NCBI GenBank assembly: GCA_964359755.1
Contig: CAYHUB010000001.1
Location: 39,797-103,796, forward strand
Direction: 5' to 3'
Length of the DNA stretch: 64,000 bases
From: an uncultured Candidatus Saccharibacteria bacterium
GTDB lineage: Bacteria > Patescibacteriota > Minisyncoccia > GWC2-36-17 > WO2-46-25
Shown here: positions 27,719 through 36,841 of the stretch, in pieces
Numbering within the stretch: the stretch's first letter is position 1
Layout: every line of letters begins with the position of its first letter
Program-made: the position numbers and the translations under genes
Notes under the pieces: model-generated
The model's input: only the letters and a program-made list of their open reading frames with translations
Told to the model about the DNA's origin: nothing
The model's database searches: none

Positions 27719-28737
27719 AAAATATTGTCACTATTGGAGGAGGAACCGGCAGTTTCGTGTTGCTTTCGGGGCTTAAGCGGCACCCGGTAAATCTCTCCGC
27801 CATTGTCTCGATGGCGGATGACGGAGGTTCAACAGGTGTTTTGCGCGACGAACTTGGCGTATTGCCGCCTGGCGATATCCGCCAGTGTCTGGTGGCTCTT
27901 TCTGATTCTTCCGATGAGATGCGTCAGCTGATGAATTATCGGTTCGAGCGCGGCGCATTAAAAGGACATAGCTTTGGAAATCTTTTGTTAGGTGCGCTTG
28001 AGAAAATAAACGGAGGGTTTTTGGCGGGCTTAAAGGAAGCGGTTAAAATATTGAATGTGAAGGGCGAGGTTATTCCCGTGACAGCTGATGCGGTGAATTT
28101 GATCTTGGATTTGAAAGACGGAAGCACGATTAAAGGAGAGGCGGCGATTAACCGCAGCTCCGTTCTTGAGCGCATTGGCATTAAGCGGCTCTATCTTCGC
28201 CCGCGCGCGCACGCAAACGCCCATGCGATCAAGAAGATCAAAGAAGCTGATATTATCATTATTGGACCCGGTAATTTTTATTGCAGTATTATTCCGAACC
28301 TGCTGGTAGATGGCATCGCCGATGCGATACGAATATCGAAAGCAACGGTTATCTTTAATTGTAATCTCGTAAACAAGAACGGGCATACCGAGCGGTTCAC
28401 ACTGGATGATTATGTCGATGTTATTAACGGATACTTAGGGGGGAATAGGATCGATTTTGTCACCTTCAACGGAAAGAAGCCGGCAAAAATGTTGGTGCAA
28501 AAATACGGCAGGAAGCGCGAATTCCTTGTCCCGTTCACAAAAGAGGATCGGGCTGAGCGTAGTTATAAAGTGATCGTTACTGACTTGCTTTCTGCAGCGT
28601 CGCAGAAATATGCCAAGGCAGATTTGCTTGCGAAATACAGGGCATTCATTCGTCACGATGTTGAAAAATTAGCAAAGATCATTATGTTCATTTCAGAGAT
28701 CGAAGAGAATAAGGATATCATTGAAAAGATCATTTAA
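27715..28737 (+). CDS. yvcK: YvcK/GlmR (CofD-like) family protein
   Basis: IGGGTG, DDGGSTG.LR, PPGDIR, GH.FGNL, GPG. Confidence 0.93.
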   Translation: MKNIVTIGGGTGSFVLLSGLKRHPVNLSAIVSMADDGGSTGVLRDELGVLPPGDIRQCLVALSDSSDEMRQLMNYRFERGALKGHSFGNLLLGALEKINGGFLAGLKEAVKILNVKGEVIPVTADAVNLILDLKDGSTIKGEAAINRSSVLERIGIKRLYLRPRAHANAHAIKKIKEADIIIIGPGNFYCSIIPNLLVDGIADAIRISKATVIFNCNLVNKNGHTERFTLDDYVDVINGYLGGNRIDFVTFNGKKPAKMLVQKYGRKREFLVPFTKEDRAERSYKVIVTDLLSAASQKYAKADLLAKYRAFIRHDVEKLAKIIMFISEIEENKDIIEKII

Positions 28738-28743
28738 TGGGGT

Positions 28744-29367
28744 ATGAAGATTTTTATTGATTTTGATGGAGTGATATTTGATGCAAAAAAGTTTAAAAAC
28801 GCGCTCGCGCGCATCTGTGCAAAGAATGGTATGGTAAGAAAAGATTTTTTTCATATCTATGCGCTCGCGAAGGAGAACGGAGAAGTGTATTCGGTTTCGC
28901 ATCATCTTCGCTTGTTGGCAAGGCATGCGAAGAACCGTATACAAAAGAAAACATTGCGCATAGCGATTGATCGCCTCATGAGCGATCTTCGCTCGTATGT
29001 TTTTAAGGACGTATTTCGTTTTTTCGATCGGATGCATAAGCACGATCTTTATTGTGTATCGTTCGGGGATCCCGCGTTTCAGAGGCGAAAGATCGAGGGA
29101 AGCGGCGTAAAGCGATATTTTAAACGCGTTATTGTGACGCGCGGTGATAAAGGAAAAGAGATCGCTGCATTATGCAAAAAGAACAGTACATCTGATGAAC
29201 AGATCGTTTTTGTTGATGACAGTGAAAAGCATATTCGCGAAGTTCGAAGCATTAAAAATGCTGTGATCATTCATTTGTGTAGAGGTAAAAACGTCCCGAG
29301 ATCTCCGAATGCGGATTATCGCGTATCTACACTTGCACAGGCAACTCGTGTTATTCTGTCTTTATGA
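28744..29367 (+). CDS. HAD-superfamily hydrolase
   Basis: DFDG motif I, S motif II, K, VFVDD motif IV. Confidence 0.85.
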   Translation: MKIFIDFDGVIFDAKKFKNALARICAKNGMVRKDFFHIYALAKENGEVYSVSHHLRLLARHAKNRIQKKTLRIAIDRLMSDLRSYVFKDVFRFFDRMHKHDLYCVSFGDPAFQRRKIEGSGVKRYFKRVIVTRGDKGKEIAALCKKNSTSDEQIVFVDDSEKHIREVRSIKNAVIIHLCRGKNVPRSPNADYRVSTLAQATRVILSL

Positions 29368-30740
29368 ACCGGTCTATTTTCAAGGCATACGATGTGCGGG
29401 GGTTATATCCTCACGAGTTTGATGAGGTTGCGGCATATCGCATCGCACGAGCAACGGCGAAGTTTTTGACCCGTTCGACAAGCTCAGGGTCAACCCTGAA
29501 CAAAGTTGAAGGGTTGAGCGCGAAAACAATGCTTATCGCGATGGATAATCGCGATTCATCGTCGTCGCTCAAGGAGGCGGTTATCAGGGGACTCACAGAA
29601 GAGGGCGTGGAAATAATTGATGCTGGTGTCGCCACGACGCCGATGTTTTATTTTGCCGCGTATGATTCTCAGGCAGACGGGGGTATTATGGTGACCGCAT
29701 CGCATAATCCGCCGCAGTATAATGGCCTGAAAATTGTTGGGAAAACCGCGATGCCGATAGGGGAGGCGTCGGGCCTTCCCGCGATACAAGAGATCGCGTG
29801 CGCGGAAGAAACGAAAGCGCAAAAAGCAGATACGGCACCAAACGTGCAAAGCGTTGATTTTCTCGCAAAATACGTTGATTTTCTTACGAACAATGTGCGC
29901 ATGCCAAAGATGCTCATTGCGGTTGACGCCGCATGCGGACCTGCGGGCACGATAGTTTCTGCGGTCGCAGAACGCCTAAAAATAGAGATCATCCCGCTTT
30001 GCTTTGCTCCGTGTGCGGTACGGGCGCATGGCGCCGACCCGTTAAAGGATGAAAATACGCGCGATCTTGCAGAAGCGGTCGTGGCGCAGAATGCGGATAT
30101 GGGTATTGCGCTTGATGGCGATGGCGACAGGGCGTTTTTCTTTGACAACGAAGGAAAACGGGTGCCGTCGCACGCCATCGCTTCGGTCATCGCAAAAGAC
30201 CTTCTTGAGCGTGATGGTGCTAGTATGGTTATTACGGATGTGCGAATGCCAAAAATTCTCCACGAAACCGTCGCGCAAAGCGGCGGCATAATAATGGAGA
30301 GCAGGGTAGGGCATGCGTTTATCAAGAAACTCATGCGCGAGCACAATGCGCTGTTTGGCGCGGAACTTTCCGGGCATTTTTATTTCCGCGATTTTTGGGG
30401 GATGGACTCGGGCATCATGATGATGATGCGCGTGCTTGCGGTGCTTGAAAAAACAGGAAAGTCGATCAAGGAACTTACCCAGCCCTATTGCGTGCGCGCA
30501 CAATCTGGGGAATTGAATTTCACCGTTGCCGATAAGGCATCGGCGATAGCAAAGCTGAAAGCGGCATTTACGGACGGCAAGCAGGAGGAACTCGACGGGC
30601 TGACAATTATGTATCCGACATGGTGGTGCAATGTGCGTCCGTCAAACACCGAGCCGTTCCTGCGCGTGAACATAGAGGCGGATACGCAGGAAGCATTAGA
30701 TGTCGCACGAAGAAAAATAGAATTAATTATCACGCAATAA
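29364..30740 (+). CDS. Phosphomannomutase/phosphoglucomutase
   Basis: FKAYDVRG, TASHNP, DGDGDR, GAELSGH, RPSNTEP. Confidence 0.95.
   Translation: MNRSIFKAYDVRGLYPHEFDEVAAYRIARATAKFLTRSTSSGSTLNKVEGLSAKTMLIAMDNRDSSSSLKEAVIRGLTEEGVEIIDAGVATTPMFYFAAYDSQADGGIMVTASHNPPQYNGLKIVGKTAMPIGEASGLPAIQEIACAEETKAQKADTAPNVQSVDFLAKYVDFLTNNVRMPKMLIAVDAACGPAGTIVSAVAERLKIEIIPLCFAPCAVRAHGADPLKDENTRDLAEAVVAQNADMGIALDGDGDRAFFFDNEGKRVPSHAIASVIAKDLLERDGASMVITDVRMPKILHETVAQSGGIIMESRVGHAFIKKLMREHNALFGAELSGHFYFRDFWGMDSGIMMMMRVLAVLEKTGKSIKELTQPYCVRAQSGELNFTVADKASAIAKLKAAFTDGKQEELDGLTIMYPTWWCNVRPSNTEPFLRVNIEADTQEALDVARRKIELIITQ
29466..29517. mobile_element. REP-like palindromic insertion, in frame, flanked by TTGA direct repeats
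   Basis: TTGA-CCCGTTCGACAAGCTCAGGGTCAACCCTGAACAAAGTTGAAGGG-TTGA; net 48 nt. Confidence 0.7.
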
Positions 30741-30771
30741 TAAAAACCCCGAGAAATCGGGGTTTTTATTA
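30738..30771. terminator. Bidirectional intrinsic terminator
   Basis: TAATAAAAACCCCGA-gaaa-TCGGGGTTTTTATTA. Confidence 0.85.
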
Positions 30772-30783
30772 TATCTGATCGAA

Positions 30784-32748
30784 TTAAATCTCGATGACGA
30801 CCGGAAGTACCATCGGGTGGCGGTGCGTTTTCTTGTACAGGAACGCGCCGACCTCTTCGCGGATATTGTCTTTGATATACACCCAGTTGATATCTCCTCG
30901 TCCGCGATCTCCCGCACTGCTTTCTACGATGCGCCGCACCAGCTTTCTCACTTCCATCAGCAATTCTTTTGATTCCCGCATATAAATGAAGCCGCGCGAA
31001 ATGATGTCGGGGTTGCCCTTCACTTTGCGTGAGTATGAGTCGAATGTCGCGATAACGACGAACATGCCGTCTTTTGCCATCATTTGGCGGTCTCGTAACA
31101 CGACATCGCCGATATCACCGACGCCGAGTCCGTCTACGAAAACGTATTCTGATGAAGCCCGTTCTTTTGTTTTGTGGCAGACGCCATTGGCGCATTCTAC
31201 GATCTGTCCGTTATCGGCAATGATGATCTGCTCGTCGGTAAACCCCATTGATTTGGCGAGTTTGCCGTGGATGCAGAGGAACGAGTGATTTCCTTCGATC
31301 GGCATCAGGAATCGCGGTTTCACGGTTTCAATAAGCTTACGGAGATCTTCTTGTTTCGCGTGGCCGCCCGCGTGAATATCCATCATGCGGTAATTGATCA
31401 CCTCAACGCCCTCGCGGTACAGTTTATCGACAAGGCGCTGGACGGTGCGTTCGTTGCCCGGAATGACCGATGAGGAAAAGACGAATGTGTCGCCCTTTTC
31501 CGCCTCAATGTGCGGATGCTCGTGGTTGGCGATACGCATGAGTACCGCGCGGTCCTCTCCCTGCGCGCCGGTCGCGAGGATCACGATCTCATTGCGCGGG
31601 TATCGGTTCATTTCTTCTACGGGGATCACGACGCCCTTGGGAACATTGATATAGCCGAGCTCGCGCGCGATATCAATATTGATCTTCATGCTGCGCCCTT
31701 CAATAATGAGTTTCTTTTGATGTTTCGCCGCGATCTGAATGATCTCATTCAGGCGTCCAAGGAGGGATGCAAAGGTGCCGAAAATAAGTCGTCCTTTTGC
31801 GTTTCGCACGATCTCATCAAGCTCTGTGGATACATCAACCTCGCTCAATTGCTTTCCTGTTTCTCGCGCGTTTGTGCTGTCAGACAATAGGATCAGCGGG
31901 TTTTGGTTTCCCCAGCGTTCCAATTTATCAAGCTCCGTGGTGCCCGCGATGCCGGAACGCTCGTCGATCTTAAAGTCGCCGGTGTGAATGACAATACCTT
32001 CCGGCGTATGCACCACGACGCCGACCGCGCCGGGAATGTTGTGACTGACCCCGAAAAATTCGACTTTAAAAATACCAAGATTGATCACGCTGTCTTTCGT
32101 AATCTGATTAAGCTCCAGTTTCGAGGAAACATCTTTATATTCCTCCTGCCGTTTTTTAACAATGGCAATCGTGAGATCGGTGCCAAAGATAGGCGGGTTG
32201 CCGAGTTTCGGGATAAGGTGGGGAACGGCACCGAAGTGGTCGTAGTGTGCGTGCGTGATGATCACCCCGACGATGTTGCGCTCTTTTCCTTTAAGATAAT
32301 CGACATTCGGAATAATATAATCAATTCCAGGCATATCCTCCTCGGGAAATTGGAGACCCATATCAATAATGAGGATGTTGTCCGCATATTCAAGCACCGT
32401 CATATTCCTGCCGACTTCTTCCATGCCGCCGAGTGGTATGATCCGCAGGCAATTTTTTATAGGAAGCGTTTGTCCCGCGATCCGCGGCGTTAAACGAGGC
32501 GTTTGCGCGCGATGCGCCGGCGCTCGGAAAGGATGACGCGAGCGCTCCGGCCGTGCTGAAGTATTTTGAGGTTCTCCGCGAGGCGCGCTCGCGTGATGCG
32601 GGCGCTCTAGCGGATTATGTGGTGTTCCCGGATGATGCGGTCGCGGTGACCGCGGTTCCGCCGGGTGATGTGGTGCCGCCACGTTTCTGTGTGTCGGCTG
32701 TGCGCCGCGGATCCGTTTCCGCGCCGCACCGATATGTTCTTTCGTCAT
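30784..32748 (-). CDS. rnj: Ribonuclease J with a disordered N-terminal extension
   Basis: PLGG..EVG.NM, THAHYDH, HTGDFK, DSTNA, H.GGH, PDIISRGF. Confidence 0.95.
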   Translation of the reverse strand: MTKEHIGAARKRIRGAQPTHRNVAAPHHPAEPRSPRPHHPGTPHNPLERPHHASAPRGEPQNTSARPERSRHPFRAPAHRAQTPRLTPRIAGQTLPIKNCLRIIPLGGMEEVGRNMTVLEYADNILIIDMGLQFPEEDMPGIDYIIPNVDYLKGKERNIVGVIITHAHYDHFGAVPHLIPKLGNPPIFGTDLTIAIVKKRQEEYKDVSSKLELNQITKDSVINLGIFKVEFFGVSHNIPGAVGVVVHTPEGIVIHTGDFKIDERSGIAGTTELDKLERWGNQNPLILLSDSTNARETGKQLSEVDVSTELDEIVRNAKGRLIFGTFASLLGRLNEIIQIAAKHQKKLIIEGRSMKINIDIARELGYINVPKGVVIPVEEMNRYPRNEIVILATGAQGEDRAVLMRIANHEHPHIEAEKGDTFVFSSSVIPGNERTVQRLVDKLYREGVEVINYRMMDIHAGGHAKQEDLRKLIETVKPRFLMPIEGNHSFLCIHGKLAKSMGFTDEQIIIADNGQIVECANGVCHKTKERASSEYVFVDGLGVGDIGDVVLRDRQMMAKDGMFVVIATFDSYSRKVKGNPDIISRGFIYMRESKELLMEVRKLVRRIVESSAGDRGRGDINWVYIKDNIREEVGAFLYKKTHRHPMVLPVVIEI

Positions 32749-32839
32749 GTGAGATGCTGTTCCCTCGCCGTATATAGAAAATACACGAGCGAAGTTTTGT
32801 TAATAATTTATTAGAGTATCACCTGTGGGATCTCCTATG

Positions 32840-32923
32840 TGCTCGGAGGGAGAGTTGAACTCCCATGATCTTGCGATCGCTGGCTCCTGAAGCCAGTGCG
32901 TCTGCCGGTTCCGCCACCCGAGC
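32840..32923 (-). tRNA. tRNA-Leu(CAG), CCA not encoded
   Basis: Reverse complement folds with anticodon arm CTGGC-TT CAG GA-GCCAG, a long variable arm and a GTTCAA T-loop. Confidence 0.94.
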
Positions 32924-32928
32924 TATAG

Positions 32929-34608
32929 TTATTGTGTTTTATCTACGCGTCTTGTGGTAATGTACCATGTTTCTATCTCGGTAAACCGCCGAGCGGGTGC
33001 GCTGATATGCGTTGCGGAAATATTTTTCACGTTGTTGCTTACCGCATAGAGATACCGCGGCGAATACAGAAATATCGCAGGAATATCGGCAGTAAGAGTT
33101 TCTTGAAATTTTTTCACACTCTCGATGCGTTCGTCTCCACTGAGTGATTCCCGTATTTTTTCAAGCAGTGCATCGGCGCTCTTATTATCATACAGAGCAA
33201 GATTGAGGCCCGGGTCGCGTTTTTGCGAGGAATGCCAAAACAAATACGGGTCGGGAAGATGGGAGAGCGCCTCGCCAAAAAGCAGTGCCTCATACCGCCG
33301 TTGCTTGATAACTTGCTGTTTGAGCTCGTCTATCGTATAGGTTTCCAGCGTCACTTTTGCTCCTATCTGCTCCCATTGCGTTTTAAGCATTTCCCCGGTC
33401 TGTATAAGATCCGGAAGATCGGATGTAACGAGTGTGATCTCAAACGGCGTCGCTTCTTTGTCATTTCCGACGGTTTTTTCCCGTATCCCGTCGTTGTTTT
33501 TATCCTTCCACCCCGCATCATCAAGGATCGTCTGCGCGGCTTCGATATTGTATTCGTATTTCATTACGTCGGGATTATGTCCGGCAAGCCATGGGAGAAT
33601 GGGCGAAGTAATACTCGTCGCGTTACCACCAAATACTTCGCGCACGATTGCCGCACTGTCAGTCGCCCGCGTAAGCGCCGTGCGCACATTTTTATCCGCT
33701 AGGGCTTTGTTGCGCGTTTGATTGAAAAACACCGCAAAGTATTTCGGCATATTTAATTCGTATATATGCACGCTCCGTCGTTCGAGTTCGCTTTTTTGGC
33801 GCGGCGACACGCCGCCGATACCCATGACATCTTTTCTTTGGTATGCCTTCAATGCTTCATCGGTCGTCCGGTAAAAAAAGAAATCGATAGCGGTGATGAA
33901 GGGGGTTCTGCCGTAGAATCTCGAATGTGCCGTAAGCGAGAAGGATGCGATGCTTCCATATTTATCTTTGGTAAATTTCGAGAAACGATAAGGCCCGGAG
34001 CCGATCGGCATTACATTCGCTTCCGCGAGATTAATGTTTTTCGGATTGATATTTTCCCAAACATGTTTTGGAAGTATCCCGATCGTCATGCGTTCGAGAA
34101 ATTGAGAATACGGGTGGGGGAGTATCAGTTTGATGGCTTGATCGTCTATCTTTTCCGCCTTGATACCCTGGAGGCTTGCGCGTTGCGGACTGCCGTAATC
34201 AGAATCAAGGATCGCTGAGAAGGTAAACAGCACATCATCAATGGTCACTTTTTCTCCGTTGTGCCATTCTGCGTCATTACGGAGAAAGAACGTGTATTCT
34301 TTGCCGTCTGGGGACACCTCGTAGCGCTCGGCAAGATCGGGAATAATATTTCCTTGCGCGTCGTATTTCATCAGTCCGGAATAAACCAAAGCGGCAATAT
34401 CCCTGTCGACATCGTTGATGCCTAAAAGGATAGGATTGATGAATTGCGGTTCTCCGACCAATGCTTCGCTGTAGATGCCTCCCGGTGCGGGAATCGCGTC
34501 TGTTCGCTCGATATACGCCATCCACATCCATGCAACGCCGAATGCAAGCGTGCATACGAGCAGCCCGATCATGCTATATCGTTCTTTTACGGTAAGCGCG
34601 CGCGGCAA
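32929..34608 (-). CDS. ABC transporter substrate-binding protein family 5 (OppA/DppA-like), N-terminal TM anchor
   Basis: INP, YSGL, PDLAE, W.NG, PIGSGPY, DPY.FWHSSQ; start uncertain. Confidence 0.9.
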   Translation of the reverse strand: MPRALTVKERYSMIGLLVCTLAFGVAWMWMAYIERTDAIPAPGGIYSEALVGEPQFINPILLGINDVDRDIAALVYSGLMKYDAQGNIIPDLAERYEVSPDGKEYTFFLRNDAEWHNGEKVTIDDVLFTFSAILDSDYGSPQRASLQGIKAEKIDDQAIKLILPHPYSQFLERMTIGILPKHVWENINPKNINLAEANVMPIGSGPYRFSKFTKDKYGSIASFSLTAHSRFYGRTPFITAIDFFFYRTTDEALKAYQRKDVMGIGGVSPRQKSELERRSVHIYELNMPKYFAVFFNQTRNKALADKNVRTALTRATDSAAIVREVFGGNATSITSPILPWLAGHNPDVMKYEYNIEAAQTILDDAGWKDKNNDGIREKTVGNDKEATPFEITLVTSDLPDLIQTGEMLKTQWEQIGAKVTLETYTIDELKQQVIKQRRYEALLFGEALSHLPDPYLFWHSSQKRDPGLNLALYDNKSADALLEKIRESLSGDERIESVKKFQETLTADIPAIFLYSPRYLYAVSNNVKNISATHISAPARRFTEIETWYITTRRVDKTQ

Positions 34609-34695
34609 TTCCCGCCACTGTGGCCATGATGGCCATCTGAAATTTTGAGGTCTTGTATCGATCTCAGTTCAAGTTAAAAATTCTGCGGCTACGAT

Positions 34696-34908
34696 TTAGA
34701 GTAGTAGCCGTATAAATGCGGAACCGATAAATAAAATAGAAAGCACAATGGTCGCGTAGAAGATCGTTTTTTCCATACCGCGTTTTGTGTGATACGCGCC
34801 GCTGCCGTCTCCTCCGAATGTTCCGGAAAGCCCTGCGCCGCGCTGCTGTAAAAGCACGCCGGCAGTAAACAACACCGAAACCACTATCATCGCCACATTA
34901 AGCCACAT
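34696..34908 (-). CDS. secG: Preprotein translocase SecG
   Basis: VLLQ.RGAGL...FGG, RG.EK; two TMs. Confidence 0.92.
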   Translation of the reverse strand: MWLNVAMIVVSVLFTAGVLLQQRGAGLSGTFGGDGSGAYHTKRGMEKTIFYATIVLSILFIGSAFIRLLL

Positions 34909-34957
34909 AGAAATATGATAAATTAGAAAAAATAACAATACACAAAAACTACCCTGC

Positions 34958-35299
34958 TTACTTTCGAAACACGATGTGTGTTATGAAATTCACCGCGCTG
35001 ACAAGCAGCGTCGCGAGAAAAAGCGCTCCGACACTTGCAATACTCATGTGCGGGAGGAGAAGGTCGGTGACCCATAGCACCCCCATATTGATGACCACAA
35101 TGAAAAGTCCTAAGGTAAGCAGAATGATCGGCCCCAGTAGTAATTTAAGCAGCGGTTTGAGGAAGAAATTTGCCGCAGAAAATACAAGTCCGACGATGAG
35201 TACGCTCTGCCACCCTCCGCTGATCGTTACCCCCGCGATATAATACGAAGCAAGGAATAACGCCAGTACATTTCCAAAGACAAGGGCGATTAATCTCAT
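34958..35299 (-). CDS. YvlD/phage-holin-4-like membrane protein
   Basis: N.FLKPLLKLL..PI..LTLGLF..VIN. Confidence 0.88.
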   Translation of the reverse strand: MRLIALVFGNVLALFLASYYIAGVTISGGWQSVLIVGLVFSAANFFLKPLLKLLLGPIILLTLGLFIVVINMGVLWVTDLLLPHMSIASVGALFLATLLVSAVNFITHIVFRK

Positions 35300-35352
35300 T
35301 GGGGTCTATTATAGCATAGGGAAATAAAAAAAACAATAGAGAGCAGAGGAAT

Positions 35353-35385
35353 AAAAAATCCCCCGTAGACCATTGTCTACGGGGA
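35353..35385 (-). terminator. Intrinsic terminator
   Basis: CCCCGTAGAC-loop-GTCTACGGGG with a T tract on the minus strand. Confidence 0.8.
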
Positions 35386-35437
35386 GCTGCGTTAGCGAGG
35401 TAATCTTTTTAGGTTTGACGGCATGATTTTCATTCTC

Positions 35438-35635
35438 CTACGATTTTGCAAGAATAAGCGCCAATTTTTCTACGTTTTTTTCCGACAAGGTAAATCCAGA
35501 AATCTCTGTATTAAACCTCCCACGGTCAATCATTTCCTTCATGATAACGAGAACTTCGTGGTCCTTCTCGTTCTCCGCTTCAAACTCAATTAAAAACGAG
35601 CCTGTTATTGGAATACGTACTAGCATTGCCTTCAT
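35438..35635 (-). CDS. Small hypothetical protein (65 aa)
   Basis: SD AAGGAGGT; own promoter and terminator. Confidence 0.7.
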   Translation of the reverse strand: MKAMLVRIPITGSFLIEFEAENEKDHEVLVIMKEMIDRGRFNTEISGFTLSEKNVEKLALILAKS

Positions 35636-35690
35636 GTCATACCTCCTTTTGATTTATTTGTAAAAGTTCTCTGCCTCAATAGTAGCGCGT

Positions 35691-35719
35691 ACAATAGTGT
35701 GTTTTTTGGAAAGTGTCAA
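35691..35719 (-). promoter_or_regulatory. Sigma70 promoter
   Basis: TTGACA-17nt-TATTGT. Confidence 0.6.
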
Positions 35720-35732
35720 CTGTTTTTGTGAT

Positions 35733-35768
35733 AAAATAAAACAGAGCGGTGAATTTTTCACCGCTCTG
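35733..35768 (-). terminator. Intrinsic terminator
   Basis: CAGAGCGGTGAA-loop-TTCACCGCTCTG plus T tract. Confidence 0.8.
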
Positions 35769-35787
35769 AATGTTGTGTGATTTTACA

Positions 35788-35979
35788 TCACTTTTTCCGC
35801 TTTTTGAAGTTATCTACTCCTTTTTCAAAAGCATCTCTCCTCTCTGCGTTGTTACTATGATCGCCAATCATTTGGCCTCTGTGCTGAAGGTGAAAAAGTC
35901 CCGCACCCTCGCTTTCTTCCTTCGCCCATTTTTGACCAGCTTCATACAAATCTTCTTTTTCTTCACTCTTAATACTCAT
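35788..35979 (-). CDS. Small hypothetical protein (63 aa)
   Basis: SD AAGGAGGTGA before ATG 35979; own promoter and terminator. Confidence 0.7.
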   Translation of the reverse strand: MSIKSEEKEDLYEAGQKWAKEESEGAGLFHLQHRGQMIGDHSNNAERRDAFEKGVDNFKKRKK

Positions 35980-36077
35980 TGCAATCACCTCCTTTCTTCG
36001 GAAGAATCGCGCTTGGCAGATTTTAATAAACATCTGCGGCTAGATATGTATAGTACATATCTTAGGGGCTGCATATA

Positions 36078-36106
36078 TGTATATCAGATCTGCTTTATCT
36101 TGTCAA
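36078..36106 (-). promoter_or_regulatory. Sigma70 promoter
   Basis: TTGACA-17nt-TATACA with TG extension. Confidence 0.5.
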
Positions 36107-36166
36107 ATTTTTAGGTTAATGATTCCACGCTAATAGAGGTAGAGAGCTTTTTTGTACACGATGCAT

Positions 36167-36195
36167 TTTACAAGGAACTAAAAAATTGATAATAT
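36167..36195 (+). promoter_or_regulatory. Promoter 7 nt before the dcd ATG
   Basis: TTTACA-17nt-TAATAT with TG extension. Confidence 0.6.
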
Positions 36196-36202
36196 ACGAA
36201 AC

Positions 36203-36775
36203 ATGATTTTATCAGACAGAGACATCAAGTTATACATCAAGGAAGGCGGGCTGGGGTTCAAGCCGAAACTGAGCGAGGATCAGATTGGACCGGCATCGAT
36301 TGACCTGAAGCTCGGAAATATCTTCAAATTATTCCGTCCGGAACGGTATTTGAGTTTGGACGTAAAAAAAGGCATCCCGGTTGAGTACTTGGAAGCAGTT
36401 ACCGTGAAAGACGGGGATCCGTTTATTTTGCATCCGCATATGTTCGTCCTTGCCGCGACAAAGGAGTATGTCACTATCCCCGATGATATTTCAATGAAAG
36501 TGGAGGGAAAAAGTACACTCGGGCGCATGGGGCTTTTGGTGCATACCGCGGGGTTTATTGATCCGGGATTCGAGGGGCATATCACGCTTGAGCTTTCCAA
36601 TCAGGCAAATTTGCCGATCACCATTTACCCGGGGATGTATGTCTGCCAGGTGGATTGCCAAATGATGTCGAGCCCCGCGGAAGTTCCGTACAACAAGAGA
36701 AAGAAATCCATTTATTCGAAGCAAAGAGGTCCTACCGCGCCGAATACAAAAAACTTATTTGAGCATAAAGGATGA
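36203..36775 (+). CDS. dcd: dCTP deaminase (possibly dUMP-forming)
   Basis: MILSDRDI, PASIDL, EGKS.LGR.GL, AGFIDPGF.GHITLEL.N. Confidence 0.95.
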   Translation: MILSDRDIKLYIKEGGLGFKPKLSEDQIGPASIDLKLGNIFKLFRPERYLSLDVKKGIPVEYLEAVTVKDGDPFILHPHMFVLAATKEYVTIPDDISMKVEGKSTLGRMGLLVHTAGFIDPGFEGHITLELSNQANLPITIYPGMYVCQVDCQMMSSPAEVPYNKRKKSIYSKQRGPTAPNTKNLFEHKG

Positions 36776-36795
36776 TCGTTTACATATTTATACAG

Positions 36796-36830
36796 TAAAA
36801 GCGAGCCGTGTTATGGCTCGCTTTTATTTT
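36796..36830. terminator. Bidirectional terminator
   Basis: TAAAAGCGAGCC-loop-GGCTCGCTTTTA. Confidence 0.8.
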
Positions 36831-36841
36831 TTATATTTCAG

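Noticed and set aside
32763-32803. Hairpin in the rnj leader
   Set aside because: Imperfect stem with no U tract and no recognisable riboswitch features.
35393-35434. 13-codon micro-ORF MKIMPSNLKRLPR after the 65-aa gene
   Set aside because: Too short to support, and the SD spacing is poor.
34958-36106. Prophage remnant suggested by the holin-like gene and small ORFans
   Set aside because: The YvlD-like family is commonly chromosomal, and there is no integrase, structural gene or att repeat.
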